DNA of 64,000 nt, taken from the NCBI GenBank assembly GCA_043228905.1, contig JBHGNT010000005.1:4464001-4528000 (forward strand), given 5' to 3'. The translations under genes were made by a program, and so were the position numbers. Source of the stretch: Azolla caroliniana (lineage: Eukaryota; Plantae; Polypodiophyta). The notes below the pieces were generated by a model, which ran no database searches, was not told where the DNA came from, and saw only the letters and a program-made list of their open reading frames with translations. Within the stretch, counting starts at the first letter, position 1. Every line of letters starts with the position of its first letter. Shown here one piece after another: positions 1-12,526 of this stretch.

Positions 1-1079
1 ATATACACATATGTATATTATTACATATATACGATCAACTACGTATACACGTGACCACATATGCCTATATTAAAGAAATCATTATATTTAATAGCCAAAA
101 ATGATGTAATCGAGATACATAATCGAGGCATATACCTCTACGCACACGAGACATCCAAAAATAAGGGTTCAACGTAATACGCAATTGAGGTATTGACCTC
201 TTACGCATACGAGACCAAACGCATATCATTTACAACAAAATCGAGGTGTTGACCTCATACGCAAACGTAACATATGTTCGTGAACGTAATACGTAATTGA
301 GGTATTAACCTCGTACGCATACGACACTCATCACATATTATTTATATGTCAAATGAGGTATTGACCTCGTGCACATATGTAAGCGTTTTAGATAACCAAT
401 TAAATACCACTACAACATCATTTTATTAATGAAAATAATCTACATATTAACCATACACACGATTAGATAGGAGAAGAAAAAATAGACAAAAAATAACAAG
501 AAAGATTACCGAAGTTCCTTGTTGATCCTTGTCTACATGAAGGCCAACCGCACAACGATCGATTGCCATCCATCGAGAAGATAAGACCAACAAAAGAAAC
601 ATTAGTACATAGGCTCGGATACCAAATATTAGAGACATGTACTAAAAGCATTAGATAAGGATAGATCTAAGTAGATAGAAAGAAAGGAGAGAGAGAAAGA
701 AGGGTGCAGATCCACCCGACCACCCCTGAGCGAAGGGATCGAGACGGACTCGAGCCTCGATCGGTGTCCCATACCACCGTCGTGGCGTCGAGTCGTACCT
801 GGTGCTGGTGCGCTCGCTACAAGAGTTGATCCACCACAAGACAGAGTCTCGATGTAGTCAACATGATCATCAAATGAGGGTAGCTAGGCCTCTATTTATA
901 GCGATACCCAAGGCCCCCAGCCATGTTCACACTTGGCCTAATGGGTTGTTTCAATCCCGAGGATTTAAAAGTAATCCTCCCCTTCTTTACACTCTCGTTT
1001 AACCCTCACACTTATCCACGTGTATAGAATACTACGGTAAATTCTCACCACGGGATATTATATGGTCATGCCCGTAACA
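1..1079 (-). mobile_element. Partial LTR-like element end (other end outside the window or not resolved)
   Basis: Minus strand begins TGTTACGGGCATG at 1079. TATA-like TATAAATAG at 892-900 (-), followed by a GC-rich R/U5-like segment at 700-860. The terminal 33 bp recur at 62382-62414. Confidence 0.5.
120..372. repeat. Degenerate tandem array (~56-62 bp spacing) with palindromic core GAGGT-N4-ACCTC
   Basis: Cores near 126, 188, 243, 299 and 355 (e.g. gaggtattgacctc, gaggtgttgacctc, gaggtattaacctc). Alternate inter-core segments resemble each other (aacgtaatacgcaatt / aacgtaatacgtaatt). Confidence 0.7.
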
Positions 1080-1646
1080 CTAACTAAGCACATGCCCATC
1101 ATAATTAGTGACATCATAAATTAACACTGCATTTGACTACGAACAATGCCCTATATGCCTAATCATGCATTTATTGAAAAGAGAGTACCAATGGAGACTC
1201 TAACGTATCATGGAGTTACTAGCATGAGCTCCTCTACTATTTCAACTAAAAGTTTTGTTGGGATAATTCACAATCTTTGACTAATTTGGTCATAAATAGA
1301 AACCCTTCGATACAACAATAAAACAAGCCTCGATATATTCCAAATAAGTGATCTCGCAAATCCAAAAGGTAGGAGATAAAAAAAAGACATCCATACATAT
1401 CAAATAACATCTTTATCTACGGGAAACTTGATTAGATTAATGTATGTAACAACATAGCTTTCCCCGCAACATGTGCATTGTGCAACTTTAAATCAAGTAA
1501 ATTTAATAAACCAACAATCCTTGGTTTTACTCGTGTTAAAACCCTTAGTCTAGCTATGTTTCGAGCACCAAAAATTCAATGATTACATTTTGCAACATGT
1601 ACTTAGCTAAACCAAGAGGAAAGTAATAATGTAGATAAACCATCAA

Positions 1647-2020
1647 TGGCTCGATGTTTGAAGGTATATTTGGAAGGCTCGATGTTTGAAGGTATTTCAA
1701 AATATGACTGAAAGACCTGCTCAAATAATCTCCGGAATTTGGATAGAGATTGTACATAATCTTAGAGGGATTTTGGATGGTATAAAAGGTAATACGCATC
1801 AAGCGGAGCTTAGGCGGGTGGAGTTTCATGCCATTTGGGACATAGGTATATTTTATAGACGGTATTTTGGTAAGGTGGAGTGGTTCTACTCAACACCAAA
1901 GTGCTTATTCAAGCCAATGGTTAGACTTTAGAAAAATATAGGGGATCGGTATAGCTTGTATGTTTAGCCTTATGGCGGTTTTCTAATACTAATGTAGTAT
2001 CTTTTTTTTGAAAAAAAAAA
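1647..2020 (+). mobile_element. 5'-truncated L1-type LINE 3' end with A-tail and 20-bp TSD
   Basis: TSD taatgtagataaaccatcaa at 1627-1646 and 2021-2040; A10 at 2011-2020. ORF 1686-1931 (KVFQNMTERPAQIISGIWIEIVHNLRG...) is a close match to the LINE C-terminus at 22163-22444. Confidence 0.85.
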
Positions 2021-2110
2021 TAATGTAGATAAACCATCAACATTGATTGCACTATTGATACGCATGTTTGGAATGGCCAAGTCACTATTTTCTAGCACTT
2101 CAACTTTTGT

Positions 2111-2740
2111 CATACTTTTTGTAAAGCCCATTCATCCCTTTTATTTCCTATTGCATTTCGACCAAGTGGACATCGAGAAGCCTTTACTATCTTTTGTTTT
2201 CCGAAAAAAAACTGCTTCCCATCAATTAGGTGAATTGCGTATACAAATCAAGTGATGTAAACTCTAAGTATCTACAAATCCTCTACTATTTACAGGTCGT
2301 TTTCATATATATTGGGCTATCTTTGTGTAACACCTTAGATAAAAAAAGGTGGGGCAATCTCCATCCACATAACTTGACATAACCTATTATTTTTCAACAA
2401 GCATTAAGACACATTTGTGATACTTTTTTGTAAAACCCCTTCATCCCTTTTTATTTCCTATTGCATTTGGACCAAGTGGATATCTAGAGGCCTTTACTAT
2501 CTCTTTTTTCCCGAAAAACTGCTTCCCATTAGTTAGGTGAATCACATATACAAATCAGGCTATGCACACTCTAAGTACCTATAGATACACTACTATTTAC
2601 ATGTCACTTTCATATATATTGGGCTATCATCGTGTGACACCGTAGATAAAAAAACGTGGGGCAAGCACTATCCACATAACTGCAAACAATTGCCTAACAA
2701 AACCTATTATTTTTCAACAAGCATCAAGATACAATTAGCA
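2111..2740. repeat. Diverged ~310-bp tandem duplication
   Basis: atactttttgtaaa...ttcatcccttt...gaccaagtgga...aacctattatttttcaacaagcat occurs at ~2112-2410 and ~2420-2730. Confidence 0.8.
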
Positions 2741-2832
2741 AGCTTCTGAATTTAGCTAGACATTGATATCACGGAAAGCAATATGGGTGATTTGCTAGCT
2801 AGGGCTGAAGGAACCAATGAGGTAGCTGGAAG

Positions 2833-3217
2833 TAATAATTGGCAATGGTTCAGTTCGGTTTGAAATTGTCAAAACAGAACCGTTAAATTTTTTTGAAACT
2901 TGAACCGAATTGTTAAAAAAATTTCAAACCATTAAACTATTAAAACCACAAATTTGTGGTTTGGTTTCGGTTTTCAACTTAGGTCAAATTTCAATTTTTA
3001 AATTGTTTAAGTTTTAAATTATTATTATTATTTTAAATTTCAAAAATTTCCAAGAAAATGAAAAGATTGTTTAAAAACAATTTTTAAAATCTTTTAAAAA
3101 ATAAAAAACCATATAAATCGTGGTTTCTAACTGTTGAAACCGAACCAAACCGTTTTTATCATTAAGCCGTTAAACCACGGTTTGTTTCGGTTCAAAACGA
3201 ACTGTTGCCGACTGTTA
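2833..3217. mobile_element. hAT-type MITE
   Basis: Imperfect TIRs (taataattggcaatggttc... / ...gaactgttgccgactgtta), 8-bp TSD gctggaag (2825-2832) / gctagaag (3218-3225), AACCG/CGGTT-rich subterminal motifs. Confidence 0.8.
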
Positions 3218-3229
3218 GCTAGAAGCACC

Positions 3230-3900
3230 AGTTCAGATGTCCGAACTCCTGACATGAAGTCCACTAATGGTGTAGATTCCCATAGTGAGATAAATTTGTG
3301 CTTGTGCCAATGCTTGAGCCTCTGAATTTCCATGTAGGTTTTTGAATTGTGCATGCAAGAATACCACTAGATCAATCCATATAGTTGTGATGGAATCTAC
3401 AATTGTGTGTGTTTTGCGTGAGTACCATTTGAGACATTTGTATTTCCAAATGTTCCACATATCGATTGATGCCACAATTGATTGTGTTTTTTGCCGATCT
3501 TGTGAATCCTCCCAAATTTGCGTACATCCAATCGTTGTCCATGTACAATGGGTTCTATGCACTATGAAGGCTAAGGAGGAGTCCCATGCTTCACACATCC
3601 ACGTCTTCTTTTGTAAGAGACCACCATATAACATAACCAAATGAAATTGAGCCTTCCATGCCACATGCCATCAAAATGCATATAATTCTTTCCCAATCAT
3701 ATTTGTGTGCGTGTAAGACTTTGAATCGTAGTTGCATCTCTTACAGGCACCATCTTTGCCTCTCCATTGTAACCATTTACCAACGGGGAGGGCTTTATGG
3801 TTGATAAGCTAGAGAAAGGATTTGCATTTTTCAGGCAAGTCAACTGCCTACAACATTCTCCAATAAGCTTGCATACATGTGTCATCTAAGCTCTCCTCCC
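3230..3900 (-). mobile_element. Old degenerate L1-type LINE ORF2 C-terminal fragment (zf-RVT region)
   Basis: Minus-strand translation YWRML*AVDLPEKCKSFL*LINHKALPVGKW...CKRC, then IVASIDMWNIWKYKCLK...IWIDLVVFL, which aligns by eye with the LINE at 22163-23035. Fainter RT-like remnants may extend to ~5340. Confidence 0.65.
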
Positions 3901-5351
3901 TCCATTTAATACCAAGTGCATCTTTGTGGATCCCTTGTTGTTGAATTATATTTTGGCCAAAATTTGTGGTATATTGAAACAATTGTTTTTTTTACAGGTT
4001 TTTCCTACGTCCCATAAAAATTATTGTCTTTGCTAATTATATGCCATGCCATGCATATGCATTCCAATCATATGAATGTAGCGATAAGAGTTTTCACTTA
4101 GTGAAATTGACAAGCAACCCAGTAGCAACACCATACAACACATAATGTTTCATTACATATTTTGGGGATAATAGTGTGGCATACAATATTAGTCATATGT
4201 ATATGCTTGAGTCACAAAATCTCTCGAATTGAGTGGTTGTAACCCATATAATTGACAAAATATGACAAGATTATCTAGTGAGTGGTGATTGTGTAGAACA
4301 AAAAAAACACAAAATAATTTTGGTTTATTGAATTATACAATGTTCTTGAATAAGTAAATTGTCCATCCAATATACCTACAACAAACAACATAGCTTCCAT
4401 AAATCTTTATTCGATGGCATCAAATATTTCCCAATAGCCACCTACATATTCACTAAATCTATTTTTGTATATTTTGCATTCTCGGCAACAATATAAGCAA
4501 AAGTGAAGTTGTTCATTATTTGTCTTCATGGCTATAAAACCATTATTGATCAAGATGGATGCATTTGCGTAGACATTATTTAGCTATAATCACTAATAAA
4601 CTTTATAAATCAAAAACATATGTGACACTAGTCTCCAATTTGAAAGAGTTTCACATCATTTCCTCTTTGAACAAAGTTTAATCAAGCCCTCTTTATATGA
4701 ACAAAGTAATTGCCGATCTTCTTGTGCGTTATTTGCCAGAAATAACAGTGAATCATCAAGCAATCCCAATACATTATAGAATTTAACAATAGTGTCATCC
4801 CAACTAGGTGCTTTCCATCGTCGTAACCCACTTCTTGCCTTCAAAAGTTTATCTTATTGTAATTCTAGGTGCCTTGTTCTAGAATAATGGGTTGGACATA
4901 TTTATTGTATACTCCAATATGGCTATATCATGATTGAGAAAAAAATGTATCAACACATTCCCTTGTTGCTCTTAACTAGTTTTGTGACCGATTGCCATTC
5001 CTCCTCTTAATGTATTTGATGATTACTTTTTTTTCTAACAAGATAGCACAATCTCATTCTTGTAATTGCCTTGCCTTAAACTACCAATCATGTATTTTGT
5101 GTTATCATGTATGATGTAACAATAGTATATGCTTTGCTCTACGAAGCACATTATCTATCTTCTATGATGGATGTAGGTGTAATATGTGATAATCCCATCA
5201 ATGCTTTATCAATTATATCACTATCCATGATGAATTGAGATACACCATTGACCATGATCATTAATGATTGTTTGTAATCTATTAATGGATCTTCTACAAG
5301 CTAAATCAATGTCCAACACAATCGCTGCATGTAAGACAACATAATGGTGGA

Positions 5352-5830
5352 TAGCAATCGGCAACGGTTCGGTTCGGTTCGAGAGGGTCCAAACCAAACC
5401 GGTTTGGAACCGAACCGTAAAAAATGGTAAAAACCTGAACCATGAAACCGTTAAACCAAACTAGTAAAATTTGTCCAAACCGTTAAACCATTAAATCGTA
5501 GAAACCACGGTTTCGTGGTTCGGTTTCGGTTTTCAACATAAATCAAAATTTTTAATTTTTAATTGTTTAAAATTTTTAAAATTTTTAAGATGTTCCTAAA
5601 CTGTGAGAATAAGGTCTAAAATGAAAAGATTGTTAAAAAAACAATTTTTAGAATTTTTAAAATAATAATAATAATAAACCGCTAAACCGTTTAAACCGCG
5701 GTTTTTGACTGTTGAAACTGAACTGTACCGTTAATAAAAACCTAAACCTGAACTTAACCGAACCGTTGAAACCGTTAAACCATGGTTTCGCGGTTTGGTT
5801 CAGTTCAAACCGAACCATTGCCGATTGTTA
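5352..5830. mobile_element. hAT-type MITE, same family as 2833-3217
   Basis: TIRs tagcaatcggcaacggttcggtt / aaccgaaccattgccgattgtta; 8-bp TSD atggtgga (5344-5351) / atgttgga (5831-5838). Confidence 0.85.
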
Positions 5831-7112
5831 ATGTTGGATGCTTTATCCGTAACTAAGTCATATTTGGATGTTAAAGAGTCTCTTTTGAGGAAAAAGAATG
5901 CTAGTGAAAAGAGGTGTGAAAGATAGACGTAGTCATAATGAAGTATAGTTAGAATGTTGAAAGGCATGATCACACACTTATATTGTATGTGAATTTATCA
6001 TATTGAATTGCATGTGCATACCATATACTTAATAGGGCATGCTAATTTTAATGGTTGAGTTGAGTGTAAATATGAGTACATTAGGATATGAATTCTTCCA
6101 TGACTCAAGCCAATCAATTTGAAAATCTCTTAAAATCTCGGTTATTTTTTCCTTCTAACAAAATATAGGTGAGTGAATGGTAGTATTATCATGTATATTG
6201 GGAATCTCAAGATAATTAAAAAAATCAGTACCATTTTGAAAAGTTAAGATGAGATACATTTACCTACCAAGGATGAATCTTCTCTAAATTTGATGAATAT
6301 GATGAGTTGAATACTAGATCTTATTCATTATGGACAAATGGCAATGTACAATCTTGTACAAATACATATATTAGGGATGTAATTAATAAAATAAGGGATG
6401 ACTACAATTATATCAATATATTGAACATATGGTAATAGCTTATATATGAATTAGTTAACACTTTATAGGTGGGGGAGGAGGAGGTGGTTCATGTATCTCT
6501 ACCTTCTAATTACATGTGGATATTATATGAGATATCCTTTTGCATTTGACGTAACAATTATTTGCTTCCACATAACAAGGGTAGTTACATTCTCGCAAAC
6601 AACAAAGGTATGATGAAGGAGGTGGTCTTTAATGCATACAAGTGACCCATTATGTGTGTTTATATGATGTAAAAAGTTGAGCTTGTTATCCCAACAAGCA
6701 AGCAATCTCTAATATGCATCTCTCTCTTTCTCTCAATTAATCTCTCTTATTGGTTATCGTCTGAGAAAATAGAACAACACGCAAAATCATATAACCCTCC
6801 TCTTGCATTTTTCTCCCATTCTCTTTTCACCTCTATATGCGTTCATAGCCTATAGGTGAAGATAATAGAGTAGTAAATGAAACCTTGAAATCTTTGTTCA
6901 TCTCCTTTTTCGTCCTTAAATTAGACTTTGCACGTAAAAAATATGCCAATCACAACATTGGGTTGTCTTCAAACTCTCGCCATGCGATATTTTCGTGTTC
7001 ACGCCTTCCAATCGCTAGTTATGTGTGTTCACGAGCGATGCAGTAATCGAGACACTCACTCACTCGCGGCACAATAATACAAGGTTGTTGGCATTGATCA
7101 AGAGATCGATGG

Positions 7113-7830
7113 TAGCTATGGGCCTGGTTCGGTTTCGGTTCAGTTCAATCACTTTGCCTTGAAACCAAGCTGAACCATATATAGCAAACAAAAACCAAAC
7201 TGAACTATTTATGAACTCTCGAGCAACTTGAACCAAACCATTTTTGGCAAAGGTAAAGCAAAACCTTTAGAGAAAAGTTGAAACAAAACTGAACTATTTT
7301 ATAAAAAATTTAAACCTAACTATTTAGGTCAATTTAATTAAAAAGAAAGTATTTAATTAATTAAGCAATTTAGGCAATTTAATTAAATCACTAAAACAAA
7401 AACATTAATTAAACTATTAAGGAAATAAAAAAAAGTTAACCAAAAACTAATAAACCGATTTTAGAACCAAACCGAATGAAATCCAAACCGTTTAATTATA
7501 TTGGAACTGGTAAACAATTAAACCATAACCGAACCACTTTAACCAATAAATTAATAAAATTGAGTTTTAGAACCAAACCGTTTAATTATATTTGAACTAG
7601 TAAATTGTAAAACCCATAACCGAAGCACTTAAACCTATAAATTGATAAACTTGAGTTTTAGAACCAAACTGAATAAAAACTGAACTGTTTAATTATATTG
7701 GAAACGGTAAACCATTAAACCATAATCGAACCACTCAAACCTATAAACTGATAAACTTGAGGTTTAGAACCAAACCGAATGAAAACCAAACCGTGTTATT
7801 ATATTCGAACCGGCAAACCATTAAACCATG
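7113..7830. mobile_element. AACCG-rich MITE-like element with internal ~90-106-bp tandem repeats, just upstream of the CRAL-TRIO gene
   Basis: Starts tagctatgggcctggttcggtttcggtt. Units beginning tttagaaccaaac at ~7461, 7566, 7657 and 7763. No clear right TIR or TSD. Confidence 0.6.
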
Positions 7831-7981
7831 GATCTCTCCTTCTCCTCCTTTTGCTGTTGCTTCCACATGGTGTCTGTGGCCAATGGCAATCATGCTTTGT
7901 GATCGAACACCAGGAGAAAGGCCAGGCCCCATTCGCCCCCTCCTCCTTCTCTGTGCCCTCTTTCGTTAGTAGAGATCAGAT

Positions 7982-10900
7982 ATGAGAGCAGGAGAGGAAA
8001 CCAGATGTTTTCAAGACCTTGAAGAGCTCCGATTCCTCACATCTCATCCTCACGCCACGGATAAGAGAGGGAGAAGAATCATCAGAATCGTCGGAAAATA
8101 CCTCCCAGGTCTTCTTTCTTCTTCTCTTTTCTGTCCTTTTGGAGCTTTCACGATTTTCTTCTTTTTAAGCTTTCTTTTTGAAGCAAATCTTTTTCATTTT
8201 ATTATTTACGTTTTAAGTTCTTCTTTGGTCTCTTACATTGTTTGCTTTTTTATTTTCTTGAGATGATTGGCTTGCTTCAAGTAATTTTGTTACTTCCTCA
8301 TCTTTCATGGTTTTCGTGATTGCCTTTGAATTAAGTGTAGAAGAGATCATAGATGTATACTGGACACTCAAATAGTGTAAAGATCATCGCAGTGTAGATC
8401 AGCAAAGATTTCACAGATGCATACTATACTTAGACCATGTGTCTTAAAGTTGCAAAAGATTGTCGTAAAAGAAAACTTGAATCTTGGATAAGGATTCGGA
8501 CCAGCTTAACCACTGTGAATATGATGGTTATTAGCATATAACCATTTTTGTGAAGAAAACTTGATTGCTGGATACGTTTCCAAAGTCACTCCAGCATTTC
8601 CAGCATGGTCCATTTTATAGAGAGATTGCCTTAAGAAAACTTGAAATTCGGATTGAATCCTAGTTACCTTGACATTTGTGAATATAGTCGATATCTTCTA
8701 AATATATCGAGAACCTGGAAATTGGAATTGGATCCTAAGTAGCTTGACCAAAAATGAGTTCATGAATAGTGGATGATCAACAGCAAGAGTGTGAAGTTAG
8801 ATATGGCTCCTTGTGGACATTGTGAGAAAAAAGGACAAATTTGTCAGATTTTAGTAGAATTTTTTTATGATCAATAGCAAGAGCGTGACGTTAGATAGGG
8901 CTCCTTGTGGACGTTGTGAGAAGAAAAAACAAATTTGTAGGATTTTAGTAAGAGTGAGAAGTTAGATATGGTTCCTTGCGGACATTGTGGGAAAAATGAC
9001 AAATTTGTAGGGTTTTATTAGAATTTTTTATATTTCTATAAGATAATTATGTCCTCAGTCAGAAGGCTCTTGTGATAATGTATACCCAAGTTTATAAGGT
9101 CAAATTAAGGCAGATATACCCGTTAGTCAATGGATTATATAGCTTGAAAATAATACTCATCATGACTAAAAGGAGTTGTTGCTTGGGTTGGCAGTTGTGC
9201 AGATTTCTTACACATCATGATTAGACACACTTTAAAAAGAGAGAACAATCCTGACTCTCTTTAAAATTATGCTACGTAACCAAATCGAGCTCCCACTTCT
9301 GCTCATTAACATTCTTTTCCAGGCCATAATCAAAGTTTCGTAACATTACACTACTAGACTGTGCTATGCCTCATGGCATCGTGTACAGGCCACACAATAT
9401 CCTCCTATTCAAAACTGATAAAGTCAAGAAAGACTAATGCCTACTCTGAGAGTGAAAGAAACAAAGTTCATGGAATGCCAGCAATAAGAGGAATATGATA
9501 CATCCACCGATTTGGGGTGGCCTTCTCTATTGTGGACAACCATGCTTAGGTTGGTGTAATACAAGTGTGGTTGGAACTTGGGAGATGAGAGATGAGAGTT
9601 ATGCTCTTTATCCTTCCATAGTTAATTGATTAATTATGTTCTAATCATGCTTAATTGTGCAAGGCAACTGGATTTTCCCATGAGGTGCTGCTCCTCCATA
9701 TACAAGATCTTGGAAGGGCATTAGTAAGCTAATCAATGGCTGGGTGGTGAATGATGAATACATGGTTCTCCTCTCCATCTTCAAGGAGCAGCTTTAATTT
9801 GATCGATTCGCTTCTGATGTGAAGATGGTTTTGTTACACACTGTATAGAGTCCAGAATTTTCAAAAGAAACAATAAATTATCAATATTGTATTATGGGTA
9901 ATGTTGTCTAACTCTTAGTAGCCCTAGAAATACCAATGTATACCTCTTGTAAAAATCTGGTGCATTCTTTCAATAATTTACCCTTAACAAAGAAAAATCA
10001 GGCTTCCCTACTAGCTGGACAGAACATAACGTTGTGCCAATCTTCAAGACTGGAGACCCCATGATGCTGAGAAATAATAGATCAATCATTATTGGTGATT
10101 ACTTCGCTGAACTATATGCTAAATCCTAGAGTCAGAATTGATTATATGGGCAGAGAGCAATGGCCACTGATCAGCTGGATAGGCAGGCTTGCAGAAGGGG
10201 TTCACAACATTGGATCAAACAGACCCTCTGAGCCCTTACCAAAGAGGGGAGAACCCATAGTAAGAGGATTTATTCCTGTGTTGTAGATTTCCAAAAAGCC
10301 TTTGACACTATACCATGTACTTGGCTCATGCAGCAGCCAGAAGCCCTTGGAGTTCCTATAGACATGTAACGGCGAATCTATGCACTGTATGAATGTGTGT
10401 CAGAAAAGGGACGGTGATACTATTGCACTGTATGAATTGTGGCTATTTGATACTATTGCCACATCTTTGCACCATAGTAGAAACCTAGGGACGAAGTCTT
10501 TAGACAGGAAATAACTGCAAAGATTTCGAGGAATCATTTGTCTTGATGATTGCCCACATGATAAGGAACAAAGTGTGAATGTCTCATGATATAATTCTGG
10601 CGGAGATGGAAGCAGCCCCAATATTCACTGAGGCATTATTCTGATTAGTGTCCGATATCAAGCAGCTTTGAAAGCTCTGCACAAAGGTACTCATTGTTGG
10701 CACTTAAGTCATCAAAACAACTTGTTGAACACAATGATAATCAATGTTGATATGCTGAAATGCAAGAATGCTTCGAGTCACATGACATCAAGCATAAATG
10801 CACTATCCTTCTTTTTTTTCATAAAGAAAAAATTTTAAAATTTTAAAACTTTTTTGAAATGTTAAATAATTGTTAAATATGTAGAATACATGAAAATTTG

Positions 10901-12453
10901 AAAATGGCAGTTCTAAAACGTAGAATACTTCAAAGTATTCTAAAATGTAGAATACGCGTTTTGTAACAACTATGTCAACAGATAAAGGTCATTATCTCTA
11001 CCATCACATATTCTTCCCTTGCTTCTGGTACCTCTCCATTTTGGATTGACCTATTCTGGAGATCTTTCAAAGACAAAAAAATCAAAATATATCTGACTTG
11101 AGAACCTTACATGTATAGATGACGAGATTGTTTAGTCACCTCTTATTCTATTTCTATTTACTTTTTACTTAGCTACATTGATTTTGGTTGTTCTCAAAGA
11201 CGAGACAATGTTTTAAGATATAGAGTTGTACAATCTCGCTCTCAGAACTGTACTACAACTTCTAAAAGAATTTTTTGTACACTGAATGGGATCCTTGGAC
11301 AAGATTCCCACTCAGCATTAAATATGTGTTTATGACACCATGACTTAGCTGTCCCATCATCATTTAAAGCTCCTCTTCTAAGAGCATATTCTATGTATCT
11401 TTAATAGAACACGCACACACACACACACACACAGAGGTGTGGACTCCTATCTTCTACATTTTTTTAAGAGGTGGGCGTTTGTTCACAGTTTTCGCTTTCT
11501 TCAATCTCTCCTATGTGTGAAAAACCCATAACTGGTTTTAGTTCTATATTTCTGTCTTTAGATATTTCAGAAAACTGTCATTCTATCGTCTACTTCTTTA
11601 CAACTAGAGTGTGTAAATGTGCATTGGAAATATACGAGGAAAATGCACCTCCTTCAGACCAGGGGCATAGAGTGATAGTTCAAGAAATGCACTAATGGTA
11701 TGGTGCCTCTAATACGAGGGTGAATTTTGATATTTTCCGAAACACAAAATATAGGTAGTGGCTGAAGAGACATTAATGTACGCATTACCAGCAACAAATA
11801 GCCAAAGGAGTATCAATGCACACATGCACACCCATGAATATGTATACGAAGTTTTATTTTGTTTGGGTATATGATAATAATTTATTCTGGAGGTTGTATA
11901 GCAATTAAATTCTACACTACAATTTATTAGGCAACTACTTATGCCCAATTTCTTATGCCACATGTCGTGATTTGTGCAGCTCCAGTTGTTGATTGTTTTC
12001 GCTTGAAGGATTTCATCATTCAAAAGATATCCAGGGAGTTCTCAGAGGGGCAATTTTGCATTGTGTATTTCCATACTCTAGTAAATAGAAAGGATAATTG
12101 TCCTGGAGTGTTCACATTAAGGTGGCTTTATGAAATATTACCACAAGAATTCAAGCAAAGGCTACAGGTTGTTTACTTTGTTCATCCGGGGCTTCTATCA
12201 AGGACAATCTTGGGGACACTTGGTCGGTTTGTTTTGAGTGAAGGGTAACATTCTTCTCCTAGATAACTACATCATACTCTATATATAAGGAGAGAAAATG
12301 GTAGTTTCTATTCATGTTTTCAAAAGAGCTGTCAATTTAAAGAATCAAAAAATGGAATGCTGAAAAAAGCTAGAGACATTGAACTCAATGAGATGCTAGA
12401 AGGCAACAGAAAGGATTATGAAGAATCAAGATACATTTCAAACGAGTAGGATT

Positions 12454-12526
<73 letters not shown>

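Noticed and set aside
120-372. CRISPR-like appearance of palindromic repeats with spacers
   Set aside because: Eukaryotic context, core only 14 bp, spacers are related to one another, and there are no cas genes.
2833-5830. One large DNA transposon bounded by the two MITEs
   Set aside because: Each MITE has its own TIR pair and its own TSD, and the interior is LINE-like rather than transposase-like.
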